From a virus (taxonomy: Duplodnaviria; Caudoviricetes): a stretch of DNA of 46,089 bases. Positions within the stretch are counted from its first letter, which is position 1. Each line of letters opens with the position of its first letter. Both the position numbers and the translations under genes were made by a program. Under the pieces are notes generated by a model. That model was not told the origin of the DNA, made no database searches, and was given only the letters and a program-made list of their open reading frames with translations. This document shows, piece by piece, positions 44,234 through 46,089 of this stretch. The stretch lies in the IMG/VR virus record IMGVR_UViG_3300025398_000034, positions 1 to 46,089 of that record, one strand, 5' to 3'.

Positions 44234-44437
44234 TTAATTTAAAAATGTTCCGTCATTAACAGACTCGTAAATTCCCAAAAGTGCAATGTATTCACCATAA
44301 GCCACAACACGGTCAAAATCTGATCTATCTTTAATTTGGTTTGTACCATTGGTGGACACAAATTTCCAAATGTTTTCCATTTTGGATATTTGAATTTTTA
44401 GTTCGTTGAGTAAAGCTTTTTTGCTAAAGTGAGTCAT
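44234..44437 (-). CDS. Hypothetical protein, 67 aa
   Basis: Fills the gap in the small-ORF array; AT-rich. Confidence 0.65.
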   Translation of the reverse strand: MTHFSKKALLNELKIQISKMENIWKFVSTNGTNQIKDRSDFDRVVAYGEYIALLGIYESVNDGTFLN

Positions 44438-44449
44438 GATTGTTTATTC

Positions 44450-44572
44450 TTAATTAGTTTGGATATGACAGTTAATGCCTTGAGCACGAAGATGTTCCAC
44501 TAATTGCACAGCATCCTCATAGAGCATAGGTGCAGTTGGCTTGCGATAACTTGCTATAACAATGTATTTCAT
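44450..44572 (-). CDS. Unannotated 40-aa protein: MKYIVIASYRKPTAPMLYEDAVQLVEHLRAQGINCHIQTN
   Basis: AAGGA RBS; exactly fills the gap; translated by hand. Confidence 0.65.
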   Translation of the reverse strand: MKYIVIASYRKPTAPMLYEDAVQLVEHLRAQGINCHIQTN

Positions 44573-44586
44573 GGTGTTTCCTTTAA

Positions 44587-44600
44587 GCCCCCGAGGGGGC
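44587..44600 (-). terminator. GC-rich intergenic hairpin (weak terminator or processing site)
   Basis: GCCCC-CTCG-GGGGC followed only by TTAAA. Confidence 0.5.
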
Positions 44601-44607
44601 GTTTGGT

Positions 44608-44901
44608 TTAACGTGATGTAACTTTGACTGAGAACACTGCTGTGACTTTGGTGTTGTCAATGATCACCTCGTCAGGAATGTTGTAAATCTCTGCAATGGC
44701 TTTCCAATCGGTAGTCTTGCGATTGGACTCAATGTATGTGGCCTTGAACAAAGCACCTTCGACAACCTTAGCACCACCCATGGATGCTTTGTCTTTGATT
44801 TCGTCTTTGATCTTTTCTGCTTGTGCAGTTAGCTCTGCAATGCGAGCAAGTAACTCGCCTAGTGTGTCTACGGGAGAGAGAGTGAGGTCGTTTGCATTCA
44901 T
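44608..44901 (-). CDS. Hypothetical phage protein, 97 aa
   Basis: AAGGA RBS; VD.LG.L.A.IA.L coiled coil, EG.LFKA, R.T.DWK. Confidence 0.8.
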   Translation of the reverse strand: MNANDLTLSPVDTLGELLARIAELTAQAEKIKDEIKDKASMGGAKVVEGALFKATYIESNRKTTDWKAIAEIYNIPDEVIIDNTKVTAVFSVKVTSR

Positions 44902-44924
44902 GATGTTTTCCTTTGTGTTTCAGA

Positions 44925-44942
44925 TAACCTGCTTGTTGCAGT
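44925..44942 (-). repeat. Leader repeat copy 2 (ACTGCAACAAGCAGGTTA)
   Basis: Matches 44167-44185. Confidence 0.8.
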
Positions 44943-44949
44943 GATTGGA

Positions 44950-44977
44950 ATCTTAACACAAAGTTAATGGCTGTCAA
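44950..44977 (-). promoter_or_regulatory. Sigma70 promoter
   Basis: TTGACA-N16-TAAGAT with an extended -10 TG and an AT-rich upstream element. Confidence 0.7.
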
Positions 44978-44998
44978 ACACCTATTTATATTGTCCTT

Positions 44999-45292
44999 CT
45001 ACTCTGTGGGGTTATTCAACAATTTAGCTACATCATCAGCCAGATCATCCTCTGTAAACCCCCAGTGCTTAGGGAATCCCTTTGTGCCTAGCCCGTGTAC
45101 GCCCGTGTTGCCTCTGTGGTGCTCTGGGCATAGCGGTAGTACGTCTATGTCTTTAGACCGCCCCCAACCGCCTGCCTTGCGTCTAGGGTGGTGCAATTCA
45201 GCAGGCGTTCCCTCATAGCCCATGCGCCTACAGACAATACACCCTAGCTCGGCTACCGAGTTCATGTATTTCTTTTCGGCCTTGGTGCTCAT
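44999..45292 (-). CDS. Ref-like recombination enhancement (HNH-type) nuclease, 97 aa
   Basis: VAELGCIVC...AELHH.R...G.G...VLPLCPEHHRG..GVH. Confidence 0.8.
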   Translation of the reverse strand: MSTKAEKKYMNSVAELGCIVCRRMGYEGTPAELHHPRRKAGGWGRSKDIDVLPLCPEHHRGNTGVHGLGTKGFPKHWGFTEDDLADDVAKLLNNPTE

Positions 45293-45630
45293 ACTGTTAT
45301 CCGATCCATTGCTCGGTCATTTGCTGACTGCGTTCTCCACACCTCGACTCGCGCCTCTGCCGCAATAAGTTGCCACTTTAATGTCTCCTCGATAGCCATG
45401 GCTTCTTTAATCGATAGTAAATGCGCTTTATAGTTTGGATGGCTATACGCCTCCCTCTCCTGTGCATTGACCGCCTCAATGCCCTTTGTAAGCGCCTCTT
45501 TGCACAGTTCTGCCTTGATTGTCTTGCGGTACTCTTCGAGGTAAAAGCGGTCAGCCTTGGCTTGAGCGTATTTGACCGCATTCTCGTACATAAAGTCGAT
45601 TGCGGCATTTGGGTCTATCTTGGTGGTCAT
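45289..45630 (-). CDS. Helical hypothetical protein (possibly UvsY-like fold), 113 aa
   Basis: AKA.R.YLEE.RK, AQEREAY.HP.Y, EVWRT..AN.R; ATGA coupling. Confidence 0.7.
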   Translation of the reverse strand: MTTKIDPNAAIDFMYENAVKYAQAKADRFYLEEYRKTIKAELCKEALTKGIEAVNAQEREAYSHPNYKAHLLSIKEAMAIEETLKWQLIAAEARVEVWRTQSANDRAMDRITV

Positions 45631-46028
45631 ACGGCACTCACAGTTCCATCTCTGTAGAACAACCCGTCAAATCTCCTTGATGGGTAAGCAAAATGGTCAT
45701 CGGCACCCTGTCTTACTGCAGGCAACCGAGTCTCTTTGCCTGTATAAACCTCATAGGTGTACCTGCCTTCCCTCTTTGGTAATTGCTTCTTAACAAACCG
45801 ACCCATTTGATCTAAGCGAGATACGCCAGAGGGCGTGATTGTAAAGTTATAGCCAGAGCGGTTGATGAATCCGTCATTGGACAGCGGCTGAATAATAGCT
45901 CGGTCGAATATTGACGGTGCGTCTTTGTACTGAACCGATTTACGCCAAGTGCCTGCATCCATTGGAAGCATCTCAATTTTGCACAGAGCTTGGTGAATCT
46001 TTGATCCAATTGTGTATTTACTTTTCAT
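45627..46028 (-). CDS. Hypothetical protein with a winged-helix-like segment, 133 aa
   Basis: L...GFI.......TITPSG...L wing motif; AAGGAG RBS. Confidence 0.65.
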   Translation of the reverse strand: MKSKYTIGSKIHQALCKIEMLPMDAGTWRKSVQYKDAPSIFDRAIIQPLSNDGFINRSGYNFTITPSGVSRLDQMGRFVKKQLPKREGRYTYEVYTGKETRLPAVRQGADDHFAYPSRRFDGLFYRDGTVSAV

Positions 46029-46089
46029 GTGTTCTTCTCCTTGAGTTTGGCTTCAATGGCATGGGCAAATGCAACATGGTGAGGCACTG
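46025..46089 (-). CDS. Partial CDS (C-terminus ...HVAFAHAIEAKLKEKNT), truncated by the window edge
   Basis: Open frame ending in a TGA that overlaps the next ATG. Confidence 0.65.
   Translation of the reverse strand, partial: VPHHVAFAHAIEAKLKEKNT

Noticed and set aside
243-45793. The many plus-strand ORFs in the ORF track, other than 11612..11875
   Set aside because: They are antisense shadows of long minus-strand genes, with no RBS or family motifs that I could see; composition mirrors the real genes (poly-Pro opposite poly-Gly, VGVG opposite TPTP)
1-46089. Stop-codon reassignment
   Set aside because: TAA, TAG and TGA all end genes at tight junctions, and the long genes are intact under the standard code
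1-46089. tRNA, rRNA, integrase or att site
   Set aside because: Intergenic gaps are short and explained by promoters and terminators; no cloverleaf or recombinase motifs noticed. Lifestyle cannot be determined because the replication and control region lies outside the window

Overview
This window is about 46 kb of a tailed dsDNA phage genome with podovirus/P22-like morphogenesis organisation. Its host is Gram-negative (GH19 endolysin plus Rz/Rz1 spanins); a freshwater betaproteobacterial host is only my impression. Almost all genes are on the minus strand. In transcription order (right to left) they are: small accessory ORFs behind sigma70 promoters and a Ref-like nuclease; terS; terL; a 1183-aa polyvalent-type protein; portal; GroES-like co-chaperonin; scaffold; capsid genes; a His/Lys-rich repeat protein; adaptor; several tail fibres and Gly-rich adhesins; a 2OG-Fe(II) oxygenase; an expanded lysis cassette; GNAT plus metallophosphoesterase; a second adaptor; tail hub; and four ejection-type proteins. 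One acidic ORF lies on the plus strand. No replication genes, integrase, tRNA or CRISPR array were seen. The best leads are: (1) a shared [FYMLH]-[AK]-x-G-G-x-[VAI] motif that punctuates four otherwise unrelated morphogenesis-region proteins (candidate cleavage or head-loading tag); (2) an in-frame A_AAA_AAG -1 slippery site in a lysis-cassette gene, whose shifted frame gives a clean TM helix and is coupled to an unannotated Cys-rich lipoprotein; (3) tandem TonB-box-like motifs in a putative ejection protein; (4) a duplicated hairpin leader behind two strong promoters. All calls come from reading motifs by eye; no searches were run.
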